64,000 nucleotides of DNA, taken from NCBI GenBank assembly GCA_963759075.1, contig CAVWXZ010000004.1:5677-69676 (forward strand). The letters are read 5' to 3'. The translations under genes were made by a program, and so were the position numbers. Source of the DNA: an uncultured Gammaproteobacteria bacterium. GTDB lineage: Bacteria > Pseudomonadota > Gammaproteobacteria > Steroidobacterales > JABDLF01. Below the pieces are notes generated by a model, which saw only the letters and a program-made list of their open reading frames with translations, was not told where the DNA came from and made no database searches. Each line of letters begins with the position of its first letter. The stretch's first letter is position 1. This document shows positions 17,572 through 27,512 of the stretch, piece after piece.

Positions 17572-18315
17572 CTAGGTGTCCGGGTAACGGCGTCGATCAA
17601 GATACGCCGGCACCCGCATGGCCGGCAACACGCCAAAATACATATAGCCGGCCGCCACTACCCAGGCGTTTGGCAAGGTGAGTGCAAACACAATGGACAG
17701 TACGCCGAAGATTGCGCTGATTGTCCAGGCTTGCACGGATATCCTGGTTTTTCGGAGCTCAATCTGATTCAGCCCAAGTGCTGCACAGTTGAGCAGAGCC
17801 GCACGATACAGCTGACTGATGATGACAGACAGAGCGCAATAGCCGACAGAATAGAAGACGAAGATCATACGCAGCTCGTAGTAGCTCGTGATCTCGTAGC
17901 TGGTCGGCAGAAAGCCGCCCGTGAGATTTGCAAACATACCCTCGAAGATCATGCGCAGCGGGTACACGTAAACAAGCATCACAAATATCATCACAAGGCT
18001 GTAGAGCACTGTCTTGGAATTTTCCAGTCCATAGCAGCGGCTCCACAGCCGGTGCTGCAGCCAAAACATCATTAGCACGGCGAAGCTGGCAGCAAAGCCC
18101 GGGATTCGGCTCGCAGCAACGATCATCTCCGGATAATTCGAAGGGATCGAGTCGAATGAGATGACCAGCAGCGTCAGCACGAATGCAAAAGCCGCATCAA
18201 CAAAGGTGTCCAGGCGCGTGACTTCCACTCCCCGCAGCCGAAAGTCGTTTTCGACCAACAGGCTGTCCAAATCGCGGTCGGTCCACTGCTTATTCTCTGA
18301 TGCGTGGGTAGTCAT
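17572..18315 (-). CDS. TMEM175/DUF1211 family membrane protein (K+ channel-like)
   Basis: RLDTFVDAAFAFVLTLLVI resembles the TMEM175 RxxxFSD motif; FWLQH; about 6 TM segments. Confidence 0.8.
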   Translation of the reverse strand: MTTHASENKQWTDRDLDSLLVENDFRLRGVEVTRLDTFVDAAFAFVLTLLVISFDSIPSNYPEMIVAASRIPGFAASFAVLMMFWLQHRLWSRCYGLENSKTVLYSLVMIFVMLVYVYPLRMIFEGMFANLTGGFLPTSYEITSYYELRMIFVFYSVGYCALSVIISQLYRAALLNCAALGLNQIELRKTRISVQAWTISAIFGVLSIVFALTLPNAWVVAAGYMYFGVLPAMRVPAYLDRRRYPDT

Positions 18316-18411
18316 ATTCTGAGCCAGCCGGGGAGGGAATACGCACTGAGTGTGGCAGGACAGGCTGACAGAAGCCACAGCGGTTGGCCTTGCGTATTCA
18401 GAGCTTCGAAT

Positions 18412-19011
18412 CTAGTTTTGTGTGTCCTCATATCCCCACGGGGCCGGAGGTGCTTCGACGGGATTGGTCAAATCGAAGTCCACCCTGAATTCCCGGCCTT
18501 GGCGAATCAGTCGGTAGGTGAATCGTTCAGGGTAGATAAATATCTGCCAGGTATTGCCGACAGACTGCGGAATGGCATTTCTGACAAACAATTCTTTTGA
18601 ATACTGGTCGGCCGGAAAAGACTGTACCTGTGCCCACCCGGCATCGACAGTATGGCCACCGTACTGGGTCAGCGTATCCTCAGTGCCGTCGCTGTGCCTG
18701 TGGTCGTGCTTGAGCGACAGGCCGGAACCCGTCTTGGTAATCAGCCAGGTGCGAGAGGCATCTTCACCTACGTGAAAAGGAATTTGTAGTTGCGTCTCGT
18801 CGCAGCGCCTGACGTGCATGATGAGCTTCTTGTTCGCAAAACTATCACTGCTGGCGTTATCGACGGTGACCGTTCCGGAATATGCTTTGCCGCAGAGCTC
18901 GCTGATCGCGCGGAAGAATTCATCTTGCGTCGGGATAGATGTAGGGTTTTCTTGCGCGAATCCGGGTACTAACAGGAGATTCGAAAGTAAAGCGAGAACT
19001 AACATTTTCAT
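18412..19011 (-). CDS. Secreted hypothetical protein
   Basis: Signal peptide; LCGKAY, IPFHVGEDASRTW, LKHDHRH, PAPWG blocks look conserved; function unknown. Confidence 0.8.
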   Translation of the reverse strand: MKMLVLALLSNLLLVPGFAQENPTSIPTQDEFFRAISELCGKAYSGTVTVDNASSDSFANKKLIMHVRRCDETQLQIPFHVGEDASRTWLITKTGSGLSLKHDHRHSDGTEDTLTQYGGHTVDAGWAQVQSFPADQYSKELFVRNAIPQSVGNTWQIFIYPERFTYRLIRQGREFRVDFDLTNPVEAPPAPWGYEDTQN

Positions 19012-19251
19012 AACTTTGATTCACACTGACCGATGGATTGGTGGTCAGAATACATTAAGCAGGCCGTAAATGAATCGATTGCACTAATTGGATTGTGCCA
19101 AGAACGAGTCAAAAGCTGGAATTGCTAGCTGTTCCCCAATGGTTTCAAGGAACTTCAAAAGTTCCTGCGGAAAGTACCTATGGGGGTCCTGTCATCGCAA
19201 GGCAGACCCATGCGTTACACCTTCCAGAAACATCTGATAAGGAGCGCTGAG

Positions 19252-19692
19252 ATGAGAAACGTACTATTTACAATTGCAGTCGCTACCGGCCTGTTAGCAT
19301 CCGCCGGGTCGGCTTTGGCAGATCACAACAGCAAGAATGGCGAAGGCTCGGCAAACATGCCGAACGACATCCACAATACGCGTGTGGATACCCGGGACAA
19401 TGATGACAACTCGGCTTTTCGCGACTTTGTGAAGTATGGAGAGGGGTCCACGACCGTCAACCGTTTCGACGCGAGCGAGACTGAGTCAGCAGAGGCCACC
19501 GAATCAGAGAGCAAAGCCAGGGTTGCCGAGAACAAGGCGATAGCCAAGAAGCAAAACGAGAACCAGGCTGCCGAGAAAACAGCCGTCAAAGACCAGAACA
19601 GGACCGAGACAGCTGAACGGCTCAGAACGAAAACGCCAGCAGCATCGCGGCAGAATCGCAGCGGCGCATCCAGGCGCGGTGGCGGGCGGTGA
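19252..19692 (+). CDS. Secreted hypothetical protein with low-complexity charged tail
   Basis: AAGGAG RBS, signal peptide ending ALA-DH, followed by a terminator. Confidence 0.75.
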   Translation: MRNVLFTIAVATGLLASAGSALADHNSKNGEGSANMPNDIHNTRVDTRDNDDNSAFRDFVKYGEGSTTVNRFDASETESAEATESESKARVAENKAIAKKQNENQAAEKTAVKDQNRTETAERLRTKTPAASRQNRSGASRRGGGR

Positions 19693-19728
19693 AGTTCAGT
19701 CGGTAATTGGCCGAGCAACCCGGCAGGC

Positions 19729-19760
19729 AATCAGGCCCTCAAATGAGGGCCTGATTTATT
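19729..19760 (+). terminator. Rho-independent terminator
   Basis: AATCAGGCCCTC-AAAT-GAGGGCCTGATT perfect 12-bp stem then TATT. Confidence 0.8.
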
Positions 19761-19847
19761 GGGTCATGCATAAGCACTTTGGTCGCTTGGACGGAACGCC
19801 AACGCGTGCCTGGAGGCGCCGAACAGAGCAGCCTGATCCAGTTCAGG

Positions 19848-19875
19848 TTTGCGCATAATGTATATTATGTTAAAT
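19848..19875 (+). other. dif: Chromosomal dif site (XerC/XerD dimer resolution)
   Basis: TTTGCGCATAA-TGTATA-TTATGTTAAAT; 26/28 match to E. coli dif GGTGCGCATAATGTATATTATGTTAAAT; intergenic. Confidence 0.95.
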
Positions 19876-20041
19876 AAGGTATGTATCTCATTATCCGTTG
19901 ATACAAGGCAGGCCCCTCTTTTCCGTTCCATCTGTTTCTTGCCAGGTCGATGAAGGTCTCATTAATTCATATATTTACAGAACTAATATAATCTGCTTTC
20001 GACTATGTGGGCGGCACATTGCCAAGTTTGCCGCTCACTGC

Positions 20042-21525
20042 TCAATCAATGGCGTCTGGCCGTTTGTTCGATTGCATGAGGAAATGTGACCAGTTGGCCC
20101 TGCGGGTCCTTTTCGCATACTCCTGGGCTGTGCCCGGCCAGTTGTTGGTGATTCTCTGGCCATCCTTGTACCAGCTGTCTTGCACCTCGGCCCAGGCCAT
20201 GGTCGCAAGCCGCGACTCTAATTCCCGGTTGTAGGCTGTCTTCGGCGTTCTTGCGGACCTCGATAGTGCCGTCGCCTGCCTCAGCAACCAGCTTCGAGAT
20301 CAGCCTGGCCTGGGCTTCGTGGAAGTAGATAACCGAAGAATGCCCGGGGTTTGTATTGGGTCCGTAAAGCATGAAGAAATTTGGGTAGCCGGCGGTCATG
20401 ACGCCTAGATAAGCGTGCGCCCCTTGTTGCCAATGTTGGCTCAAAGGATCGTTTCGCTTTGCCGATGACCCGAATCGACTGCAGGAACGGATTTGTCCTG
20501 AAGCCTGTCGCATAGACGATCACGTCATGCTCGCTCGGCGCCGTCTCGTGAGACGATGCCGTGGGCCGTCATCTGCCGGATACTTGAGGTCACGAGCTGC
20601 ACGTTGCTGCGGGCAAGCGTCGGATAGTAGGCGTCTGAAAGCAAGACCCGTTTCGCCCCGATCGGATAGTCAGGCACCAGCGCATCGTGCAGCGCTGGGT
20701 CCTTGATGTTTTGCCGGATTTGCCGCTTGCAGGCCCATTCAGGAGGCCCTTGCGGAAGCGCGCACCCTTGATCGCGGGATACAGCAGGTATTCGCCAAGC
20801 AAGAAGGCTTGCAACCGGTAGAGTTTGGCGAGTCCAGGGATGCTCGAATACGGTCGGTTGTGCTTCGGGAGAATCCAGTTGGCGCTGCGCTGGTAGATGG
20901 TCAGGGTGGCTGCGCGCCGGGCCAGTTTGGGCACCAGCTGGATGGCGCTGGCGGCGTTGCCAACGACGGCGACTGATTTACCTTCGATTTCGACATCATG
21001 TGCCCATTGCGCGGAATGAAAGGCGGCCCCTTTAAACAACTCCCGCCCCGGCAATTCCGGGATCTTCGGGTGATTGAGCTGACCGACTGCGCTCACCAGG
21101 AATGCTGCGTCGTACACTTCACCGGTCTGAGTCACAACCCGCCAGCGTCCCCGTTGTTCATCGAAGGCTGCGTGGCCGACTGCCTGCCCGAGGCGCAGGT
21201 GTGTTCGGATCCCGAAATCCTTCGCAAACTTCTTAAGATAAGCAAAGATCTGCGCTTGCCCTGCCCATCTGAATGACCAGGCCGGATTCGGGGCAAATGA
21301 AAAGCTGTACAGCGCCGAGACGACATCGCACTCGGCCCCTGGGTAGGTATTCTCCCGCCATGTGCCCCCTACTTCGCTGGCTTTGTCGAGAACGAGAAAA
21401 TCGTTGACGCCGGAGCGTTTTAAGGTGGCCGCCATGCACAGTCCGCCGAAGCCGGCACCAATGATCAGGACGCTCGTGGTGACAGGCACCGCCTCGGCAG
21501 GCGAGTTTTCGTTGCCGCTGCTCAT
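20042..21525 (-). pseudogene. Flavin-containing (Baeyer-Villiger type) monooxygenase with several frameshifts
   Basis: GAGFGG, GGTWRENTYPG, FHSAQW, VGNAASAIQ, then YATGF, PNFFMLYGPNT and NNWPG in different frames; could be sequence error. Confidence 0.8.
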
Positions 21526-21550
21526 GATTACGGAGCATACATGCTGAGAG

Positions 21551-22373
21551 CTAGGACGACTGACAGGTCTCGCAGACAAAGATGTTGCGACTGCCCATGG
21601 TCTGGCGCTGGATTTTCGAATCGCAGCGATAGCACGGCAGACCTTCGCGGCCAAATACATGGAAACGATAGCGTTGGTAGCTCAAGCCTTGTGCCTTCAG
21701 TAATTTCGCGAGCCTGGGCGGCACTGTTACGCCCCGGGTTCGGTAAGAGCGCCGGCTCATGCGCAGGGTCTCTTTCGCCAGTTTCTCCAGGGAGCTCGCA
21801 GCAAGATCCGCGGGCTTGTGCGATGGATGGGCGCCTGCGGCCCAGAGTATCTCGGAGCGCAGGTAGTTCCCGTTGCCGGCCAGGAACGACTGGTCGAGAT
21901 AAAGGCTGCCCAAAGCACGGTTCGCGAACGGCTTTTCACGCAGCCGCGAAACGATGTCATCGCTGGTCAGGGCAGGGTCCAGAATATCCGGCCCGATGCG
22001 CTGCAGGAACGGATGCCTGGATAGCTGCGCGCTCGGTCAGAACTTCGATATCAGAGGCGCTGTACAGCAAGGCGCTATGGGTTGGTGTGTGCAGCGCCAC
22101 CCGCAGGCTGCGATTGGTTTTAGGCATGCGCGGGCGGCGGGTCGTATACCAGCGGCCGTAGAGCTGGTTATGGCTGTAAAGCGTCAGCCCGTTGTCAAAG
22201 CGCGTAAGCATCGCCTTGCCGTGCGTATCGATGGCGGTAACCGATTGGCCTGCAAGCCGCTTCTCGAAGCGCTTGAGAGGCTGGAGCCCAAAACGCGCCT
22301 CTTCGACCTGCTGACCGACAAGTACTTTTGCGACCCGATCGGCAGCCAGACGTATTTCAGGGCCTTCGGGCAT
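21551..22373 (-). CDS. nei: Endonuclease VIII (Fpg/Nei glycosylase), one frameshift near 22030
   Basis: MPEGPE N-terminus, HNQLYG, GNGNYLRSEIL H2TH, C-terminal CxxC..CxxCQ zinc finger. Confidence 0.9.
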
Positions 22374-22402
22374 CGTGGTGCTTGCCGAATGCGGTGTTGC
22401 GT

Positions 22403-22942
22403 TCAGGCACCGAGTGCCGTCTCGATTGCTGCGAGCAGCTCTTTGTTGTCGGGTTGTGTGCGCGGGCTGAACTGGGCAATGAGCTTACCGTCCCGGCCAA
22501 TCAGGTATTTGTGAAAATTCCAGGTGGGATAGGTGCCCGCTTCGCCTGCAAGCTGCGCGAAGAACGGATGTGCGCCGCCCTCCTTCACCGAAACCTTCTC
22601 GAACATCGGGAACTTCACCTTGTAGGTGAGCCTGCAGAACTCCGCAATTTCCTTTTCTGTGCCAGGCTCCTGGCCGAAGAAGTCGTTGGAAGGAAAACCG
22701 AGCACCACAAGCCCCCGGTCCCCAAGCTTCTCGTTCAGCGCCTCAAGTCCGTCATACTGTGGCGTGTTGCCGCACTTGGAGGCGGTGTTTACAACCAAAA
22801 TCACTTTTCCGGCATAGGCTTCCTGGAGGTTGACGACCTCATCAGCGGCCAGTCGCCTGAAGTCATGATCAAGCAGAGTCTCAGCACGAAGGGGGGCCGC
22901 AGCCAGTAAAAAGAGACCAGAAAAAAACAGGAAATTGCGCAT
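22403..22942 (-). CDS. Glutathione peroxidase family protein with signal peptide
   Basis: VNTASKCG, LGFPSNDF..QEPG, WNFHKYLI. Confidence 0.93.
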   Translation of the reverse strand: MRNFLFFSGLFLLAAAPLRAETLLDHDFRRLAADEVVNLQEAYAGKVILVVNTASKCGNTPQYDGLEALNEKLGDRGLVVLGFPSNDFFGQEPGTEKEIAEFCRLTYKVKFPMFEKVSVKEGGAHPFFAQLAGEAGTYPTWNFHKYLIGRDGKLIAQFSPRTQPDNKELLAAIETALGA

Positions 22943-23093
22943 TTATGACTCCGAAGAAGATTTAACTCAGGTTTGGGGCTTGCTTTGAAAGCGCGTAAAG
23001 ATACCCTATGGGTCTCGCGCTTGCCATCATTCCGCATTCAATAATCACGGCGCTACAATGCGCGCCCGGCTTGTCAAGAAAAGGTATACAAAA

Positions 23094-23531
23094 GTGAATA
23101 AGGGCAAACTCTACGCGGCGTTGGCTTTCTCTGGCGCGCTGCCATTTGTTGCCTGTGCGATCCTGCCGTTGTTCGGGATCGTCGCCCTGCCGCTGTTCGG
23201 GAGGCTGGATGTACTGGCGAGCACTTATGGCCTGGCAATCCTGTGCTTTCTGGCCGGTGCTCACTGGGCAACTTTCCTGTACAGAGAGACCGAGACACCC
23301 TTGAATCTTTTTCTCAGCAGCAACGCCGTGTTCCTTTTTGTCTGGTTTGCGTTCGTGATGACCGGGTTGACCTGGGTATTGGTGTCTCAGGTGCTCGCAT
23401 TCGGAGTCTTGCTCTGGATTGATCACCGTCTGCTGAAAGCCGGGCTGATTGCCGATCATTATTTTCGGGTGCGCAGCGTCGCCACCGTGCTGGCCTGTGT
23501 ATCACTCCTCATTATTCTGGTGAACAAGTGA
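23094..23531 (+). CDS. DUF3429-like membrane protein
   Basis: GALPF, YGLAILCFLAGAHW, D..L....Y..VR pattern; stop overlaps the next start. Confidence 0.72.
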   Translation: MNKGKLYAALAFSGALPFVACAILPLFGIVALPLFGRLDVLASTYGLAILCFLAGAHWATFLYRETETPLNLFLSSNAVFLFVWFAFVMTGLTWVLVSQVLAFGVLLWIDHRLLKAGLIADHYFRVRSVATVLACVSLLIILVNK

Positions 23532-24511
23532 CATCAATAGCGATAGTCGGTGCTGGATTTGCGGGCCTGGTGGCAGCGAAAGAACTCTCCGCTCGTCACG
23601 AGGTCACCCTGTTTGAGAAATCACGGGGTGTTGGCGGGCGCATGGCCACCCGGTATGCGGACGGCTATGAATTCGATCATGGCGCGCAGTTCTTTGTTGC
23701 GCGAACACCGGCTTTTAAGTCGTTTCTGAAGCCGCTGATTGAGCGGGGCGTGGTTGCCAGCTGGTTCGCCCGGTTTGCCGAGCTCGAGGGTGACAGCGTC
23801 GTTGTTGAAAGGCAGTGGAATGACGACAACCCGCACTATGTAGCCATGCCGCGCATGAATGCTATTGGCAAGGCGCTTGCCGAGGGGCTCAATCTTCGCC
23901 TGCAAACCTGTGTTGCGAAACTTGAGCGCCGCGACCAGGGCTGGCTGCTTCTCGACGATGGCGGCAAGGAGCTCGGGATGTTTGACTGGGTAGTGTTCAC
24001 TGCCCCCGCAGAACAAACGAGGGACCTGTTGCCCGCGGATTCGAGTATTGGAGCCCTCTGCGAGATGGCGCGCATGCGCGCGTGCTTTGCACTCATGCTG
24101 GGCTTTGAGCACCCGCTTGAACTGCCCTGGCAGGCCGCCCTCGTGCGTGACGCCGATATCAGCTGGATCTCGGTGAACAGCAGCAAGCCGGGGCGCGCGG
24201 GCCCCTTCTCGCTGGTCGTGCATTCTACGAATGCCTGGGCAGACGCGCGCATCGAGGATGATATCGATGCAGTGCGCTCGCATATGCTGTCCGAATGTTC
24301 CCGGGTATCAGGTATCGATGTCGCAAGAGCGTCGTATTGCGGCGTGCATCGTTGGCGCTACGCCAATGCTGATTCGAGCACCGGCCCGGCTTGTGGCGTG
24401 GATGTGCAAATGCGTCTGGCCGCCTGCGGAGACTGGTTTGTTCAGGGTCGCGTCGAGGCCGCCTTTACCAGTGCGATTGCGCTTTCGAAAGAACTGGCCA
24501 TCGAGCTCTGA
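23528..24511 (+). CDS. Renalase-like NAD(P)/FAD-dependent oxidoreductase
   Basis: GAGFAG, FEKSRGVGGRMATR, FDHGAQFF, HRWRYA, CGDW...RVEAAF. Confidence 0.9.
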   Translation: MTSIAIVGAGFAGLVAAKELSARHEVTLFEKSRGVGGRMATRYADGYEFDHGAQFFVARTPAFKSFLKPLIERGVVASWFARFAELEGDSVVVERQWNDDNPHYVAMPRMNAIGKALAEGLNLRLQTCVAKLERRDQGWLLLDDGGKELGMFDWVVFTAPAEQTRDLLPADSSIGALCEMARMRACFALMLGFEHPLELPWQAALVRDADISWISVNSSKPGRAGPFSLVVHSTNAWADARIEDDIDAVRSHMLSECSRVSGIDVARASYCGVHRWRYANADSSTGPACGVDVQMRLAACGDWFVQGRVEAAFTSAIALSKELAIEL

Positions 24512-24556
24512 GCGCTATGCGATAGTCGGGGGTCAACGCTGCGGCGTTGACGACAG

Positions 24557-25792
24557 TCAAGGCTGAGGAGCAAGTCCCAGGGCTGCGAGGGTTCGGGGGA
24601 TCTGCGATTTGAGTTTGAAGAAACCCTGGTCGCTTCCGGCCAGGTGAGCGTATCGTAGCGGCGTCGAATCTGCACCAGCTGTATGTCGCGCGCACTGAGT
24701 GCAGCGCGCGCCTGAACGAGGCGGTCGGCAACCGGTCCTGCCGGTGCATAGGCCGTCACCATAAAGCGTATATTCTCTCGCTGTGCCCAATCCCCAAGCA
24801 TGCGTGCCCAGTCATCATCAGCGGCGTGCTCACCATGCACACCAAACGTATGCTCTGCACGGCGCAGCGCATCCTTAACCGCGGCGCATGCAAACTCTGC
24901 AGCGTGATGGCCGGTGGCGAGCGGTGAGCGCGATGCACCTGACACTGCTCCCAGGATGCACGATGGATTGTCGCCCTGGATCAGCGACTCCGGGAAGCAG
25001 TCTTCTTCGGTCAGGAAAAGACCATAGCGCATGGTCAGCGGGCCAGTATGAGCGGCTGGCAGCTGTTGCAACGGGTGCTCGATACTTTCTGACAGCGGCG
25101 GCGCCGAGCGCGCAAGCTGCCCCTGCGGATTGAATCGGTTGTCTGTGTAGCGCGCAATGTTGCTGGCCCGGGCCTGATAAGTTTTGCCCGCTGTGTGCAA
25201 TCCGCCCACCCAGCGCCAGCTCAGGGTGTTGCTGGCGGGATCGCCGTCGAGCAGGTGTCGGTAAAAAAAGTCGGCCCCCAGCTGCCAGGGCAGCTCGAGT
25301 GTGAATATCCAGATGCTGGCAAACCACATGCGAGCGTGATTATGCAGGTAGCCGGTCCGCACCAGCTCCGCTGCCCAGGCGTCGAAACAGTCGATGCCGG
25401 TCTGACCGCTGATGGCTGACTGGTAGCGAGCATTAAGTTCGGCGCTGGACTCCAGCGAGTCGATCAACCTTCGAACGGCCGAGCGATAATCGAGTCCATA
25501 CCGTTGGCCGGTGCTCCAGCCAGCCCTTGAAATATGCCCGCCAGAAGACCTCCTGAACAAATTTGTTAGCCGAATCCAGGCTATGCAGACGGAGCGTGGA
25601 AGCCAGGAGTTCTTCCTCCAGCACCAGGCGGCGGCGCAGATATGGTGACATGAGCGAGACGTTGTCCCGATTGTCGGGTCCGAAATCGAAATTTCGGCTG
25701 TTCGCATAGCCGCGCCCCGACCTGTTCGCAAATGCGGCCATTCTTTCGAGGCCCGCCTTGCGTTCCGGTAACCAGATTTTTTTGTCAGTCAT
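24557..25792 (-). CDS. Short photolyase with N-terminal FAD-binding domain (NewPHL-like), frameshifts near 25490 and 24625
   Basis: MSPYL, FVQEVFWRAYFKGWLE, GYLHNHARMWFAS, LLDGDPASNTLSWRW, terminal WP.AT.GFF; about 410 aa. Confidence 0.82.
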
Positions 25793-25936
25793 GCTGGCTG
25801 TTCTCCTCGCTGCAGATCATGACGCCCGCCCCCGCAAATATCTTCCCAGGTGTGCCCGCTGGCTGCAGGTCTGCCCCAGCCATTGCCAGCGGGAGACGGT
25901 CGTCCTCATGCGGGTTGTGTCATTGGACAGGATCTT

Positions 25937-25960
25937 GTATATTCAATAATTCGAATATAC
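25937..25960. promoter_or_regulatory. Palindromic operator, SqrR/BigR-type
   Basis: GTATATTC-N8-GAATATAC perfect 8-bp inverted repeat (ATTC-N8-GAAT core) ~85 bp upstream of the ArsR gene. Confidence 0.7.
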
Positions 25961-26044
25961 GTAGTAACCAGTCAAGGCCCTGAAGGCGTGAGCCCATCAG
26001 CTATCTTGCCTGCGCGGCGCGGCAAAATCGAAGATCTGAGTGAT

Positions 26045-26383
26045 ATGAAAATCAAGTATGAGCAAATGTCCAAAAGTGCCGGCGAGGCAAAGAGATTGCT
26101 GGGCGCGATGGCCAACGAAAAGCGCCTGCTGATCCTCTGCCAACTGGTTAACGGAGAGCGGTCTGTTAACGGCCTGGCTGAACTGCTGGAAACACGCCAG
26201 TCCACCGTATCGCAGCATCTGGCCCTGTTGCGCAAGGACGGTTTCGTGGTGTGTCGTCGGGAGGGTCAGACCCAGTATTACTCCCTTGCAGGCAAAGAGG
26301 CCCGGACCGTTCTGGAAACCCTGTATGGGCTGTACTGTGAGCCACCGGCAAAAACGAAAAGAGGCGAAAATCGTGAACACTGA
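26045..26383 (+). CDS. ArsR/SmtB repressor of the BigR/SqrR dithiol type
   Basis: ANEKRLLILCQL, SQHLALLR, LYGLYC; Cys pair in helix 2 and helix 5 positions. Confidence 0.85.
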   Translation: MKIKYEQMSKSAGEAKRLLGAMANEKRLLILCQLVNGERSVNGLAELLETRQSTVSQHLALLRKDGFVVCRREGQTQYYSLAGKEARTVLETLYGLYCEPPAKTKRGENREH

Positions 26384-27512
26384 CATGGCCAGGCGGCCCG
26401 AACAAAGTGAGCGTGTTGATTTGGCTACCGGGTGCGCGAGGCACAGAGTCCGCGCTGCAGGGCCACGGGTCTGGCACGGTGTGCTGCTGTTCGCTTGTCT
26501 CGTGCAGGGACTCCCGACCCTCGCAGTGGCGCAAGAGTTGCCTTTTGCGGTCGCGACAGTGGTCGCTGAACAGGCCCCGCTGGAGCGCCTCTACGATGGC
26601 ACCGTCGAGGCGGTGAATCAGGCGACCCTGTCGGCCCAGACGTCAGGGCGCATTGCGGAGGTCTACTACGACGTCGATGACCAGGTGGAGGCCGGTGCAC
26701 CTATCGTGAGGTTCACCGACGTTGAGCAACAGTCTTCGCTACGCGCCGCGCAGGCCACGCTCAGGGAGGCGCAGGCTCGTGAAACCGAGGCCGAACAGGA
26801 ATTGCGGCGCGCGGAGGAGCTTTATGAGGCCAGGACCGTTTCGAAACGCGCCCTCGAACAGGCCCAGGCCGCAAAGGCGGCCACGTCGGCACGTGTAAGC
26901 GCCTCAAGATCAGCCGTCAGGGCTGCGCAGCAACAGGCGGACTACACGCTTGTTCGTGCGCCCTACTCCGGCATCGTGACACAGCGTCACGTTGAGGCGG
27001 GTGAATCCGTCAGCGTTGGCCAGCCTTTAATGAGCGGCATATCGCTTGAGCAGCTGCGGGTTTCTGTCGATCTGCCACAACAGGTGGCGGCACAGTTTCG
27101 CAGCTCGAGGATCGCGGCTGTGATAACTGCGGAAGGCCGGGTGCAGCCAGTTGGCCTTACGATATTTCCCTTTGCCGACCCGGGCACCAACACCTTTACA
27201 GCCAGGCTGGAGCTGCCCGAGGGCCAGTTTGGCCTGTATCCGGGCATGTTCGTGAAAGTGGCGTTTGTGGTCGGCGAGGCGCGACGGCTGCTTATTCCCA
27301 CCGTGGCGCTGGTTCGGCGCAGCGAGGTGACCGGCGCCTATGTGGTGAGTGACGGAAATACTATTCGCTTTCGACAGCTGCGGGTGGGCAACGTCTATGG
27401 CGATAAAACAGAAGTGCTGGCAGGCCTGAGCGACCAGGAGCGTGTTGCGCTGGATCCGGTAGCCGCCGCTATCTACGTCAAATCAGGGATGGCCGCAGCT
27501 GATGGCAAATAA
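26373..27512 (+). CDS. RND efflux periplasmic adaptor subunit
   Basis: AQTSGRI, alpha-helical hairpin, VRAPYSGIV, LYPGMF; start uncertain. Confidence 0.9.
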   Translation: MNTDMARRPEQSERVDLATGCARHRVRAAGPRVWHGVLLFACLVQGLPTLAVAQELPFAVATVVAEQAPLERLYDGTVEAVNQATLSAQTSGRIAEVYYDVDDQVEAGAPIVRFTDVEQQSSLRAAQATLREAQARETEAEQELRRAEELYEARTVSKRALEQAQAAKAATSARVSASRSAVRAAQQQADYTLVRAPYSGIVTQRHVEAGESVSVGQPLMSGISLEQLRVSVDLPQQVAAQFRSSRIAAVITAEGRVQPVGLTIFPFADPGTNTFTARLELPEGQFGLYPGMFVKVAFVVGEARRLLIPTVALVRRSEVTGAYVVSDGNTIRFRQLRVGNVYGDKTEVLAGLSDQERVALDPVAAAIYVKSGMAAADGK

